From a virus: a DNA stretch of 42,828 nucleotides. Shown here one piece after another: positions 25,441 to 34,701 of the stretch. A program made the translations under genes and the position numbers. Each line of letters begins with the position of its first letter. Position 1 is the first letter of the stretch. Below the pieces are notes generated by a model. It searched no databases and was not told the DNA's origin. It saw nothing but the letters and a program-made list of their open reading frames with translations. The stretch is taken from positions 1 through 42,828 of the IMG/VR virus record IMGVR_UViG_3300017447_000003, one strand, 5' to 3'.

Positions 25441-26409
25441 TTAGCCCTTGAGAACGCCCTGAAACTTCCGGCCGGAAGTCGTCATGTTCCCGGCCCACCC
25501 GATCAACTTGACCATGGCGTCCTGATTGGTCGAGAACCGATCCGGCGACAGCGGCACGTACTCACGCTTGGAGTGCGGACGCATGTACAGATAGTCCGTA
25601 TTCAGGAAGTACATGTGATTGATCGGGGCCGCGCCGCCGATACCGCCGTCGAATACCACGTCCGCCGACATGAACTTGAGGCTTTCGAACCCGGCCTGCG
25701 CCATGTCCGTGGACGTGAAACGCTGCTGCGGCTGCAACGCTTCCATGTACAGACGGTAGTAGTTGTTGTCCGCCACGATCAAGTCGGGCTTGTCGGTGCC
25801 GCGCACCAACTGTAGCCAGACGCGATCCATGTAGGATACGATGTTCGCGGTGGAGGCCGCTGCGCCGCCGTCTGCGATTGCGCCGAATACGACGTTACGC
25901 CAGAAGTTCCACGTTGCCGCGTTGATGCCGCCCACAGTACCGAGGCCGGTATCCGATACCAGAAGCTGCAAGCCGCCGATGGACTTGCCCGCACCCGCCG
26001 TACCGTCGCCGTACACCGCGTTCGCCATCTGGTTACGCATCGTGCGTTCCGCGTTGGCGATGCGGCTTTCGAGTAGGTCGATCATGGCGGCGTCGCCGTT
26101 GTTCTGTAGTTCCTCCAAGCCGGAGATACTGACAGCGACGGACGCCTGCTTGATATCGAACAGTGCGGCCGTGAACACGTCGGACGGGCTGATATTCAGC
26201 GGGTCGTAACCGCTGTACCAGCCGAACGTCGAGTTTTCGCCGTATTCGAGTTCCTGCATGATCTGGCGTCCGCCCGTGAAGGGCTTACGCTTGCCCTTAC
26301 GCTCCAGACGCGCCAGCAGCGCGTTATTGTTCGAAACGTTGTCCGCAAGCTTCTTGCTGCGGTTGTACATCGTCGTCGTGACGATTTCGGAAAGGTTCGG
26401 CGATGGCAT
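25441..26409 (-). CDS. Major capsid protein (HK97-fold type), 322 aa
   Basis: Called on its position after the scaffold, its size, and the hairpin downstream. The N-terminal TTMYNRSKKLADNVSNNNALLARL and WYSGYDPL regions resemble podovirus-type coat proteins as I remember them. Confidence 0.7.
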   Translation of the reverse strand: MPSPNLSEIVTTTMYNRSKKLADNVSNNNALLARLERKGKRKPFTGGRQIMQELEYGENSTFGWYSGYDPLNISPSDVFTAALFDIKQASVAVSISGLEELQNNGDAAMIDLLESRIANAERTMRNQMANAVYGDGTAGAGKSIGGLQLLVSDTGLGTVGGINAATWNFWRNVVFGAIADGGAAASTANIVSYMDRVWLQLVRGTDKPDLIVADNNYYRLYMEALQPQQRFTSTDMAQAGFESLKFMSADVVFDGGIGGAAPINHMYFLNTDYLYMRPHSKREYVPLSPDRFSTNQDAMVKLIGWAGNMTTSGRKFQGVLKG

Positions 26410-26429
26410 GGCTTGAATACCCCAAAAGG

Positions 26430-27734
26430 TTAAATGGCCCTCGCGTCGGCAAACCCGGCTTCGAGTTCTTCGCGCAAGGTACGATTGGCGTTGTTCGGGG
26501 CGGCGCTTTGCGAACCTGCCGGGCCACCGGCTACGCTGCTACCAGCGGCACGCGCTGCCGCCGTACGTGCCTGTTCCGCCGCCTGCTGTTGCGCCTGCTG
26601 CGCCTGCTGCAACTTCCCGCGTACGGCGGGGTTCGACCAGCAGGCGTTATCATACGCCTTTTGCAGTACTTCGGTATTCGGCATGTTCGGATTGGCATTA
26701 CGTACGGCGGTAATCTGCGTCGCCCAATCGTCCATGACTTCCGTAAGATACGGACGCGCGGGCGTCCCGTCTGCCGCCTTTTCGGTGGCAAACGCATTTA
26801 CGGCGTCATAGTTCGCTTGCTGCGTCTGCTGTACTCCCGCCTGCTGGAACTGCTGTACGGTCCCGGTAAGCTGCTGTACTTGCCCCTGCAACTCCCGCAC
26901 CACAGGATCGACGTTCTGCGTTGCCGCGTCGCGTGCGTCTAATAGTGCGTCGAGGTCAAGATTGCGCTGCTGGGAGAACCACAGTACGAATTGTCCGGGG
27001 TCGCGTCCCGCAAAGTCCGACATAGCGAACAATTGATTGAGGGCTACGGCGGGCGTCATACCCTCCGCTTGCAACGCCTGACGACGCGGCCCCAAAATCG
27101 ATTGCTCGATTAGGTCGTACTCGCTATACCTTGATGCTCGGGTATTCAAGTCCTCCATTGTACGTCCAACATACTGTTGGAGTTCCGCCGGGAGCGACTG
27201 AAACTGTTGTGCCTCCGTCGCTGTCATCTGCGCCGTATAGGGCGATGCCTGCGTTGTGGTGGCCTGCTGCTGCTGCTGCGTATTCTGCGCAGCTTCGAAC
27301 GCTGTTACCTGTTCCTGCGATGCGAACGTACCATCCGCAAGGCGGTACTTGCCTTCCCCGTCCTTTGTAAGCGCGGGTACTTCGGCCGGGGCCTGCGCCG
27401 TCTGCGCGTTGGCCTGATCGGTCGGCTTGTCATCGGTGCCTTTAAATGCACTCGATAGCTGTTCCCGCAAAGTAGGCTCTTTGGCCGGGGCCTGCGCTTC
27501 GCTGCTGTTCGCGGGCTTGGCATCCCCGTGTACGGGCTGCGTACCCGGCGGGGTTTGCATCTGCGTATTATCGGCCTGCCCGTTGTACGGCCGGTCGCCT
27601 AGCGCGCCATCGCTGCCGTCCGTCAAGTCGGACGTGATATCGATATCATGCCCGTTCGGGTCGCGCATGGGCTGGCCATGCTTGCCGAGACGTACGGAAG
27701 GGCGGAAGGCACCGAGGCGGCGGGCGTACTTCAT
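26430..27734 (-). CDS. Scaffolding protein candidate, 434 aa
   Basis: Lies between the portal-proximal gene and the capsid gene. Gln/Ala-rich, helical, low complexity. ATGA overlap with the upstream gene. Confidence 0.6.
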   Translation of the reverse strand: MKYARRLGAFRPSVRLGKHGQPMRDPNGHDIDITSDLTDGSDGALGDRPYNGQADNTQMQTPPGTQPVHGDAKPANSSEAQAPAKEPTLREQLSSAFKGTDDKPTDQANAQTAQAPAEVPALTKDGEGKYRLADGTFASQEQVTAFEAAQNTQQQQQATTTQASPYTAQMTATEAQQFQSLPAELQQYVGRTMEDLNTRASRYSEYDLIEQSILGPRRQALQAEGMTPAVALNQLFAMSDFAGRDPGQFVLWFSQQRNLDLDALLDARDAATQNVDPVVRELQGQVQQLTGTVQQFQQAGVQQTQQANYDAVNAFATEKAADGTPARPYLTEVMDDWATQITAVRNANPNMPNTEVLQKAYDNACWSNPAVRGKLQQAQQAQQQAAEQARTAAARAAGSSVAGGPAGSQSAAPNNANRTLREELEAGFADARAI

Positions 27735-28000
27735 CGGGAACGTAACTCCTGTATCGAACGTTGAATATCCGTCCGTACGCTCCCCATCGGCGCACGGTCG
27801 GGGCTGCTGGTACGCATAGGCATGTCGCCCGCTTCCGTTACGCCGTGGCGTTTCATGTGTTCGCGGTGCGCCGTACGGCCCTCCACTACTGTACGGTCGA
27901 GTGGCGAAACGTACCCGGCCTTGTCACCAATGATGGTAACGCGGCCCTGATCCGCAATCGCCTTACCTCGCGCCCCGTACAAATCGTGAAGGAAACTCAT
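27731..28000 (-). CDS. Hypothetical protein, 89 aa
   Basis: GAGG SD 7 nt upstream of ATG 28000. Lies between the portal and the scaffold. Confidence 0.5.
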   Translation of the reverse strand: MSFLHDLYGARGKAIADQGRVTIIGDKAGYVSPLDRTVVEGRTAHREHMKRHGVTEAGDMPMRTSSPDRAPMGSVRTDIQRSIQELRSR

Positions 28001-28052
28001 TTCCGCGCCTCGCTAACAATGCTGCCCTTATCGCCTGATAGGGCTTTAAACG

Positions 28053-30323
28053 TCAAGCGGGTTTATTGGCCTTGGCGGCAGTTGCGGCGGCCTCCCGGTC
28101 GGCTTCCTGCTGCTCCACGCCCGTCTGTGCGTCTTCCCGGCTGGCTTGGAACCCGGCCGCGTCCATGGCCTGTGAGTGCTGCTGATCGCTTGCCGCTAGT
28201 GCCGCGTCGGTTTGCGCCGTCTGTTGCTTGATACCTAGTTCCGCTTCCTTAACGGCTACTTCGCGCTGACGTACTGCAATTTCCGCCATACGGAATTCGT
28301 GGTCCATAGCCATCTGTTCGCGCTTTACGGCCGCGTCCGTATCAATCTTGTACTTCGCCGTATCCGCGTCCATCTGCGATTGCGCTTGTGCAGTCTGCGC
28401 CTTTATCTGTTCGCCCTGTACTTGCGCCTGCGCTGCCGCCGGGTCCGTACCGCCGCTACCCTCGCTACCGGGCGGGGCTTGCGGCGGGGCCGCCTGTAGT
28501 TTCTTTGTGAATTCCTCGAATTCCTTTTCCAGCGGGCGCGACGCACGGAAAGTACGAATTGTGAACATCATAATAGCGCCAAGTAGCCCACGCATGTCGG
28601 GGAACTGTAGCGCCATCGGCCCGGCCTGCTGTAGGAACGCACCGGCGGACGCTAGGAACTGCATACGGTCCTCGCGTTCCGCCGCTTCATCGGGCATGAT
28701 CGTACTATCGGTTTCGATACCGATAGAAGCCGCGCGCTCCTTTTCCTTTTTGAGTAGTTCGACGGTAGCGGCGAACGTCTGCATAGCCTGCTGCCGCCCG
28801 GTCGGTCCCGGCTTTTGCGGGGGCTGCATTGGCGGCGTACCCGGCTGCTGCGGCATCGTAAGCGACGCTTGGTACTGCTGCATCGCCACGACGTACTGCC
28901 CGGCCGCCGCCTGTTCTTCCTCCGTCACTTCGGGCGGGTCGAAACCGGCGTACAAGGCTAGGCTTGTCTCGCTAAAGTGTTCCGACATAATTTCGGTCAT
29001 GATGCGGATAAGATCGCGGCAGAAGCGTTGTACTTCCTTCTGCATGTCGCGTAGACGGCCGCCCGCCCAATCCGATTTTATCTTTTGCGCGCCAAGCGTC
29101 TCCGACGCCTTACTAACGCCGCGTACGATATCCGAGAAACCGGTAATTTCGTATATTTCGGCCTTCACTACGTCCCGCTGCTGTAGCAGGTTCATTAGTA
29201 CTTCGGCAATCTCTTTGATCGGTACGAACAGTACCGAACCCTGTACGCCGCCCTGCTGCGCAAATAGAGTCCAATTGTCGAGCGGGATAAGCTTGTTACC
29301 CTTGCCCTCCAAAAGCTTGGCTAGCGCAGTCTGCGAACCGTCGTACACGCCCGCCAGCCGTAGTGCCTGCGTAAGATAGCGCACGCGTTCGGTGATATTG
29401 TCGAGTTCTTCCGCCTGCGCCTTGTACTGCCCGTAGAACGCCTTAGGGATGAACGTACGGGTAGTCCACACGGCACGAATGGGTTCGGGACACGGCCAGA
29501 AGCCCTTTAAACGCAGCGGGTCCGGCAGGGCGTCTAGTACGTCTTCCGAGTAGTCCGCCGTGTACCAGACTACTTCCCGCTTATCCTTATCCCATATCTC
29601 CCATATGATCGCCTGCGCGCCGCCGTTACCCGCAAAATCGCGGTTACCGTTGCCGTCGTCATCCGGGTTGTACGAGAAGGTCAGCTTATCGGCTTTTTCC
29701 TTACCGAAGCGCGCTTCCGCTTTCTTACGGTTGAAGTACACCCGCCGCGCCACCCACGGCAGTTCCTTCCACGTACGGCCTACGCCCGTGATGAAGTCTT
29801 TATAGTGGACGTAATCAACGTCCAGCCCTTCGGCGGCTAGTACTTCCTCCCCGCCTTGGCCGTTATCATTCGCGCCGCGACGCTCGAATACTGGCGAGTA
29901 GCGCACCCATGCGCAACCCATGCCGGGCAACAGGAAGTCCTGTACTACGTTCTTCATCACGCCATCGAAGTCTACTTCCTCCATGGCGTACTGCCCGGCG
30001 GTTTCGATCAATAGGGTTGCAAGCGTGACGGTTTCGTTCTCGCGGTCGCGGTGCCGCTTGGTCGCCTGTACTTTGGGGGTAGTGGCGTACAGGGATGGCT
30101 TAGTTGTCTCGGTTGACGAATACAGGATATTGTACCTATCCTGATACAAATCATTATCCGAGTTCTCGCGTTCCAGCCTGTAGCGATCCTGTACGTTGTT
30201 ACCGTTGCGCTGAAACAGGCTGTACCGCTTTTCGGCCTTGGCGATTTGATCCGCCCAATACGTACGACGGTTGGCCACGGGCTTTTCGTCTTTGCGGTCC
30301 AAGTACGTAGCGCGCTTCGCCAT
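28053..30323 (-). CDS. Portal protein with a long Gln/Ala-rich C-terminal extension
   Basis: 756 aa. It starts at the TAA-ATG junction with the large terminase. The call rests on size and position. The C-terminal ~200 aa is coiled-coil/low complexity. Confidence 0.75.
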   Translation of the reverse strand: MAKRATYLDRKDEKPVANRRTYWADQIAKAEKRYSLFQRNGNNVQDRYRLERENSDNDLYQDRYNILYSSTETTKPSLYATTPKVQATKRHRDRENETVTLATLLIETAGQYAMEEVDFDGVMKNVVQDFLLPGMGCAWVRYSPVFERRGANDNGQGGEEVLAAEGLDVDYVHYKDFITGVGRTWKELPWVARRVYFNRKKAEARFGKEKADKLTFSYNPDDDGNGNRDFAGNGGAQAIIWEIWDKDKREVVWYTADYSEDVLDALPDPLRLKGFWPCPEPIRAVWTTRTFIPKAFYGQYKAQAEELDNITERVRYLTQALRLAGVYDGSQTALAKLLEGKGNKLIPLDNWTLFAQQGGVQGSVLFVPIKEIAEVLMNLLQQRDVVKAEIYEITGFSDIVRGVSKASETLGAQKIKSDWAGGRLRDMQKEVQRFCRDLIRIMTEIMSEHFSETSLALYAGFDPPEVTEEEQAAAGQYVVAMQQYQASLTMPQQPGTPPMQPPQKPGPTGRQQAMQTFAATVELLKKEKERAASIGIETDSTIMPDEAAEREDRMQFLASAGAFLQQAGPMALQFPDMRGLLGAIMMFTIRTFRASRPLEKEFEEFTKKLQAAPPQAPPGSEGSGGTDPAAAQAQVQGEQIKAQTAQAQSQMDADTAKYKIDTDAAVKREQMAMDHEFRMAEIAVRQREVAVKEAELGIKQQTAQTDAALAASDQQHSQAMDAAGFQASREDAQTGVEQQEADREAAATAAKANKPA

Positions 30324-31946
30324 TTAAACCCCCGACTGCCCCAAGTGGGCGAAATGATCGTCCCAAATGTCATTAAGTGTTGCGTCTTGCAACAGTAGAA
30401 TTTCACCGCTGCCCTTTTTCGACGGCTTAGGCTTAGTCCACGGCCGCCCCATGAGGCCGTAGCGCAACGCGTCGGGGGCGTGGTCTTCCCCGTCCGTATC
30501 GCAGTCTTCCGGGTCCGTCATATCGTGCTGTAGGGCTGGCAAAGTACGTATAAGAGCTACGCACGTCTTGAAACAGTACCACATAGGCGTACCGACCATG
30601 TTTTCGTCGTCGGGCAGTACGTCGATATCTGTAGGTGCAGGAATGGCGTTCTTTTGCGCCATACCTGCTAGTACTATTTCCTCTAGCGTACCAGATACGG
30701 GAGCCATGATCTTATGCGCGGCTACTGCCGCTGCTGACGCCTGTTTCGGCTCCTTAATACCGCAAAGCCTATCGCGTATTTGATCCCACCCGGCTAGACG
30801 GTTATTGTCGCCTTTCGCCCACTGTGCGCCTACCTTGGCCATGTTCTCCGCGTGCGACGGGCCGCCATCCCATTTGAACATACTAGGATCGGCGCGGGCA
30901 AAAGACATACGTTCGCCCCGGTCGCGCTGCACAATACCTTTACCGACCTGCGCGGAAGTCCACTTAAGGCCCTCGTTTACCTTGCCGGGTACACAGCCAT
31001 ACCACTCGCGATAAGTAACAACAGCACCGCTAGGAATAAAGGGGCCGTCAGGTACTTGGTAGCCGTCTGATACGGCGTGCCAGAGAACGCAGAATGGGCT
31101 AGTGCTGCCCCAATCCATAGAACGAAACCTAGTCCAATGATTGGGTATAGCGAAAGGCTCAAGCACGTGCTTAGTACTAGAAAATTCAGGAAAGTACGCA
31201 CCTGTAATGACATTCCAGTCGCCCTCAAGCCATGCTTTGACAAGTTCCGGTGAACCAATCTCGCGCAGACGCGCGATGTATTGCGGATCGTTCGCCAGCA
31301 GGATAGCGTTATCGTACACCCGCGACGGGATGAACATACGCGTAGTTATCGTGCCGTCTTCATCGATGGACTTGATAAGTTCCATACCGAGGGGCGACGG
31401 GTCGATAAAGTAGTTCTTTACCGCGTGGTGGCCTACGCCGCCGGGGTTCGCGCTACAACGGATACGCTTGTTAGGTACCCCGTGCGCCGAACGCAGACAG
31501 GCTTTCAGCTTTTTATACGCGTTTAAATTAGGCCAGTTACCGAGTTCGTCCCAGCCAATCCACGTATATTGGTGGCCTTGGTATACATCGGCGTCCGCCT
31601 CCGTCTCAAGGTGACGCAGCTTGAGCGTAGCACCAGACGGGAATATGAACGTACGATCCGCAACCTTATAGATCGCGCCTAGCGGCAGGTACATTTCCTT
31701 CGCACGCGCTAGTAGTTCTTCTAGCTGGGGGTACGACTGCCGAAATATGATACCCCGCCAAGCCGCGCCTAGGCTAATATCCTGTAGGAAGTCACCTAGC
31801 AGGAAGTCGGACTTACCGCCCCCGCGCGCACCGCCGAAAAGTAGTTCCCCCACGAACGGCGCGCCTACAGCCAAGGCTTGCGGCCCCGGCTGCGGTTCCC
31901 ATATCGAAAAGCCTAGGCGCTCTAGCTGTCCGTCACGTAATGCCAT
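30324..31946 (-). CDS. terL: Terminase large subunit
   Basis: Walker A is GGARGGGKS and Walker B is WIGWDELGNW. The C-terminal nuclease region has MDWGSTSPF and CDTDGEDHAPDALRY. Confidence 0.9.
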   Translation of the reverse strand: MALRDGQLERLGFSIWEPQPGPQALAVGAPFVGELLFGGARGGGKSDFLLGDFLQDISLGAAWRGIIFRQSYPQLEELLARAKEMYLPLGAIYKVADRTFIFPSGATLKLRHLETEADADVYQGHQYTWIGWDELGNWPNLNAYKKLKACLRSAHGVPNKRIRCSANPGGVGHHAVKNYFIDPSPLGMELIKSIDEDGTITTRMFIPSRVYDNAILLANDPQYIARLREIGSPELVKAWLEGDWNVITGAYFPEFSSTKHVLEPFAIPNHWTRFRSMDWGSTSPFCVLWHAVSDGYQVPDGPFIPSGAVVTYREWYGCVPGKVNEGLKWTSAQVGKGIVQRDRGERMSFARADPSMFKWDGGPSHAENMAKVGAQWAKGDNNRLAGWDQIRDRLCGIKEPKQASAAAVAAHKIMAPVSGTLEEIVLAGMAQKNAIPAPTDIDVLPDDENMVGTPMWYCFKTCVALIRTLPALQHDMTDPEDCDTDGEDHAPDALRYGLMGRPWTKPKPSKKGSGEILLLQDATLNDIWDDHFAHLGQSGV

Positions 31947-31947
31947 G

Positions 31948-32163
31948 CTACAGCTTGATACCTACGGTTACGCCCGGCAAGGTCACGCCTACGTCGATAA
32001 TGGGCGTGGAGGGCGACGGGGCGGGAGTAGTACTGGCGTTGCTGCCATCCGCGACGGGCGTATACTCGATAAACCTGTTCGCTAAACACCGCTGGTTTAC
32101 CGACCGAAGCGCGCAATTTAAATGATTTACGCAGCGCCGCCCGCCGTGAAGTTCGCAAGCCAT
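31948..32163 (-). CDS. Hypothetical protein, 71 aa, with a Cys-rich N-terminus
   Basis: GGGAG lies 8 nt upstream of ATG 32163. The stop is 1 nt before the terL ATG. The competing ORF 31922..32158 lacks these signals. Confidence 0.45.
   Translation of the reverse strand: MACELHGGRRCVNHLNCALRSVNQRCLANRFIEYTPVADGSNASTTPAPSPSTPIIDVGVTLPGVTVGIKL
32116..32123. repeat. ATTTAAAT octamer (dispersed motif family)
   Basis: Inside 31948..32163 (minus), read as CAT TTA AAT (H-L-N). Confidence 0.9.
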
Positions 32164-32175
32164 ATTACGTACTCC

Positions 32176-32568
32176 CTAGATTACTACGCCTTCATCCCAC
32201 CGGCATTCGTCGCCCTTCAACACAGGCGAACGTAGCGTACTGCTAAGGTACTCCATCGCCCCGGCCGGGTACGGCGTGCTGCTATTCAGTACGATAATAT
32301 GCGTGAACTGCTGCCCCGCAAGCTTGAACTGATCTAGTTCGCTATCGACCAGATAGAAACGGATGATAGCGCCCCGTTCCAGTTCGAACGCGCGGGTAGT
32401 CCACCGCATACGCTCGATACCGAGGCTAGACGCGGTAATCAGCGCCTTGGCTTCATCCCATGCCACGCCTAGCGTATTCTTATTCGGCGCGATGATTGCC
32501 GTACGCCAGTCCTTACCGTGCAAGTACACGTTACGGCGTAGTACCTTCAATGCCTGTTCGAACGTCAT
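32176..32568 (-). CDS. Hypothetical protein, about 130 aa
   Basis: ATG 32568 has GGTGGAG 10 nt upstream. The alternative ATG 32598 has a poor SD. Confidence 0.5.
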   Translation of the reverse strand: MTFEQALKVLRRNVYLHGKDWRTAIIAPNKNTLGVAWDEAKALITASSLGIERMRWTTRAFELERGAIIRFYLVDSELDQFKLAGQQFTHIIVLNSSTPYPAGAMEYLSSTLRSPVLKGDECRWDEGVVI

Positions 32569-32740
32569 GGCTTCCAAACTCCACCTTAAGCCAACCATTT
32601 GCCCTAAATAGGTCTATGTCGTCAAGGTGCTGCGTCACCTTGGAGGGGCCACACCAACAGATTAGAGCATCGCCGGGTCCATATACATACAGTACCCAAT
32701 GATGCTCTAGCGGTGCATACGGCACGCGTACCAGTTTCAA
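32531..32740 (-). CDS. Possible small overlapping gene, 69 aa
   Basis: TTG 32740 overlaps the upstream TGA (TTGA) and has GGAGGG 6 nt upstream. Its 3' end overlaps the next gene by 38 nt. It is part of track ORF 32531..32887. Confidence 0.3.
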   Translation of the reverse strand: MKLVRVPYAPLEHHWVLYVYGPGDALICWCGPSKVTQHLDDIDLFRANGWLKVEFGSHDVRTGIEGTTP

Positions 32741-33282
32741 AGTAGGCCCTCCAAGGCTGCTAAGGGGCGGGGTGTCACGTCGATATAATCCCCTTGCAAA
32801 ATAGTCGGGACGGCCGGGGCTGGTAGGCTGGAAGCCGCCTTTGCTGCGTCGCGGTCCTTTAAAGTGGTCTTTTTCATTGCAAGCCATTCGTCGTATGTCT
32901 CCGCGCGCGGCATGATATTGATTTGAGTAGGGCCATTAAACGTGGCTTGGCTGGCTTCGCCCTTTTTGAAAGCTGTAACCCGCGCTTCAAGTAGCTTTCC
33001 TAGAAGGGCGTCCGAGTACTGCGTTTCTGTGCCAACTACTTCCCCCTTATAGTACACCGCCTTTTCGACGCCATGTACGCCACGCTGAATAGCTGCGCTT
33101 TCAAGGCCCATGTAGCCGACGCGCTGCGCTTCCTCGATCTGGCGGGCGGCCTCCTGATCGTCTTTGATCCAGTTGGTTACAAAGTCCACCGAGACGCCCG
33201 CCCGGCGCGAGGATACGTGCAAGTCGCCGTAATTCTGGCGCAACTGATCGCAGATTTCCTTGAGGGTTTCGTCTGTACGCAT
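32737..33282 (-). CDS. Terminase small subunit-like DNA-binding protein
   Basis: ATG 33282 has GAGG 7 nt upstream; the track start 33336 adds an implausible N-terminus. It has an HTH-like N-terminus (SSRRAGVSVDFVTNW) and a ..YSDALLGKLLEA.. pattern seen in small terminases. It is the first gene of the late unit. Confidence 0.5.
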   Translation of the reverse strand: MRTDETLKEICDQLRQNYGDLHVSSRRAGVSVDFVTNWIKDDQEAARQIEEAQRVGYMGLESAAIQRGVHGVEKAVYYKGEVVGTETQYSDALLGKLLEARVTAFKKGEASQATFNGPTQINIMPRAETYDEWLAMKKTTLKDRDAAKAASSLPAPAVPTILQGDYIDVTPRPLAALEGLL

Positions 33283-33552
33283 GTCAGGGCCTCGCGTGTT
33301 CACGCACGCTTTAAAGCATGTTCGATAGGGGCGCAAGAGTTAATCTGTGACGGCTGGTCGGGGCGGGATGGCGCTATATTCAATATGCGCAGTATTCGGC
33401 ACATAATGTACTTATTTGATGGAGTACTATTTTGATGCTGTATTTTTGAAAATTTTGCGTGCGTCAGTATCCTGTACAAGTACACCCCCGCCTGCCGCTC
33501 GACCCGGTGGCCTCCCTGTACATTCCGTGAACAAATACGGAACAAACGACGA

Positions 33553-33618
33553 ACGTGTTATGATACACCATCACATAGTATAATGTATTCGGGCATAGCT
33601 TAACATAATACGTGTTAT
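33553..33618 (+). promoter_or_regulatory. Candidate early promoter: TATAAT (33579-33584) bracketed by two ACGTGTTAT direct repeats
   Basis: ACGTGTTAT occurs at 33553-33561 and 33610-33618. There is a perfect -10 hexamer, but the -35 is weak (GTGTTA/TGTTAT). Confidence 0.3.
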
Positions 33619-33681
33619 CAAGCATACTAGAGGCCAGAAGCGGAGTACGAACGGCAGAACCAGAAGGCCAGCCAAGAGAGC

Positions 33682-33696
33682 GTGACAGCATGTCAC
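33682..33696. promoter_or_regulatory. Operator-like inverted repeat GTGACA-gca-TGTCAC
   Basis: Perfect 6 bp arms with a 3 bp spacer, inside the control region. Confidence 0.35.
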
Positions 33697-33734
33697 AGCA
33701 CAGATTGGGCCATCATACTCCATCAAATCAGTAC

Positions 33735-33742
33735 ATTTAAAT
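33735..33742. repeat. ATTTAAAT octamer (dispersed motif family)
   Basis: Intergenic, in the divergent control region. Full 10-mer CATTTAAATG, flanked by GTAC on both sides. Confidence 0.9.
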
Positions 33743-33797
33743 GCGTTCAATGTACTTAGCCTGACATAGCCTCCCCTTTCTGTTACATATACCTATG

Positions 33798-33809
33798 TAT
33801 GTATACATA
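33798..33809. repeat. 12 bp AT-rich palindrome TATGTATACATA
   Basis: Perfect palindrome in the most AT-rich part of the control region. Confidence 0.6.
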
Positions 33810-34051
33810 TACAGAAATTACACCTATTACAGTATATAGCCCCTCCTATCCGGTCGTACCGTTATATAGTAAGTCCAGCTTTGCCGACTAGGAAAGTCGG
33901 GGCTATTACCGAGAGGCCGCCACGCAAAACCGCCACTTTCCGCATTTGCAGGGCTATTGCCATCGTAAACAGACGCGCCTATCAGGAACGATAGCCAACG
34001 ATATCCGTTTTTAAATTCAGGCCATTTTACGAACAGGGAATAGGACCAGTT

Positions 34052-34621
34052 ATGGCACAGCGTACTAGAAAGACCGCAATGCCCTTCCGAGAGGGCCTAA
34101 CGACATACTTGCAGGACCAGATATGCAACCGCGTCACGCTGCACCTTGACGTATGGCTTTACCAGCAGCCCGACGACCAGATGTATTTCGTGGCGCGTGC
34201 TGCTACGGCTGGCCACGACGTAATCAACGTCATGACGTGGCGCGTAGACCGCGACGGCCTGTACGCAGTAGCCAACATACAGGACATAGAGCGTACGGGA
34301 CTGGCACGGCATATAGATGGCCCGTGGGCGCGCAAACATGCACCTTGGCTACGTGCTAGCTTCCAGTCGCATCTATTGCCCCTAGCGCAGGCACAGCTAC
34401 CGTACGGCTTCAAGCGGCGTTCGGTGCGTCTGTGGTGCGTGTACACTAACAGGGCCATCAATGATCCCCTTGAGGGTATCGACAACTTGTACGGCACGAC
34501 GGGCAGGGCTGCGCGGGATGATGCGTTTGTGACCGAGAAGCCCGAAGCGGCGCGTACTGCGTCACTATGGACTGCGCGCGAACGGTCTATGCTGCGTACG
34601 TTGCAAAAAATACTGTCATAG
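34052..34621 (+). CDS. Hypothetical early protein, 189 aa
   Basis: AGGA lies 6 nt upstream of ATG 34052. It is the first gene of the plus-strand unit. Confidence 0.6.
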   Translation: MAQRTRKTAMPFREGLTTYLQDQICNRVTLHLDVWLYQQPDDQMYFVARAATAGHDVINVMTWRVDRDGLYAVANIQDIERTGLARHIDGPWARKHAPWLRASFQSHLLPLAQAQLPYGFKRRSVRLWCVYTNRAINDPLEGIDNLYGTTGRAARDDAFVTEKPEAARTASLWTARERSMLRTLQKILS

Positions 34622-34701
34622 GGAACGAACCCGCTTGCGGGACGCTTTAAATGATGTATGCAGGCTGCAACGCAACGCAACGCGGTTAGGGACAACGCAT
34701 C

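Larger units (their letters stand above)
33283..34051. promoter_or_regulatory. AT-rich divergent control region between the late (minus) and early (plus) units
   Basis: 769 bp without a convincing ORF and clearly lower GC. It contains three TTTAAA motifs (33310, 33736, 34010), palindromes and direct repeats, and a consensus TATAAT. Confidence 0.7.

Noticed and set aside
28348-29379. 343 aa plus-strand ORF antisense to the portal gene (similar cases: 3158..4024, 19680..20432, 36059..36751, 34159..34776)
   Set aside because: The same GC-rich antisense artefact. The composition is Cys/Ser/Ala/Arg-rich and there is no SD or coupling context.
33300-33691. Minus-strand ORFs 33300..33545 (81 aa) and 33464..33691 (75 aa) inside the control region as regulator genes
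   Set aside because: They have no SD, odd composition and mutual overlap. The region is better explained as promoter/operator DNA. A very small regulator cannot be excluded.
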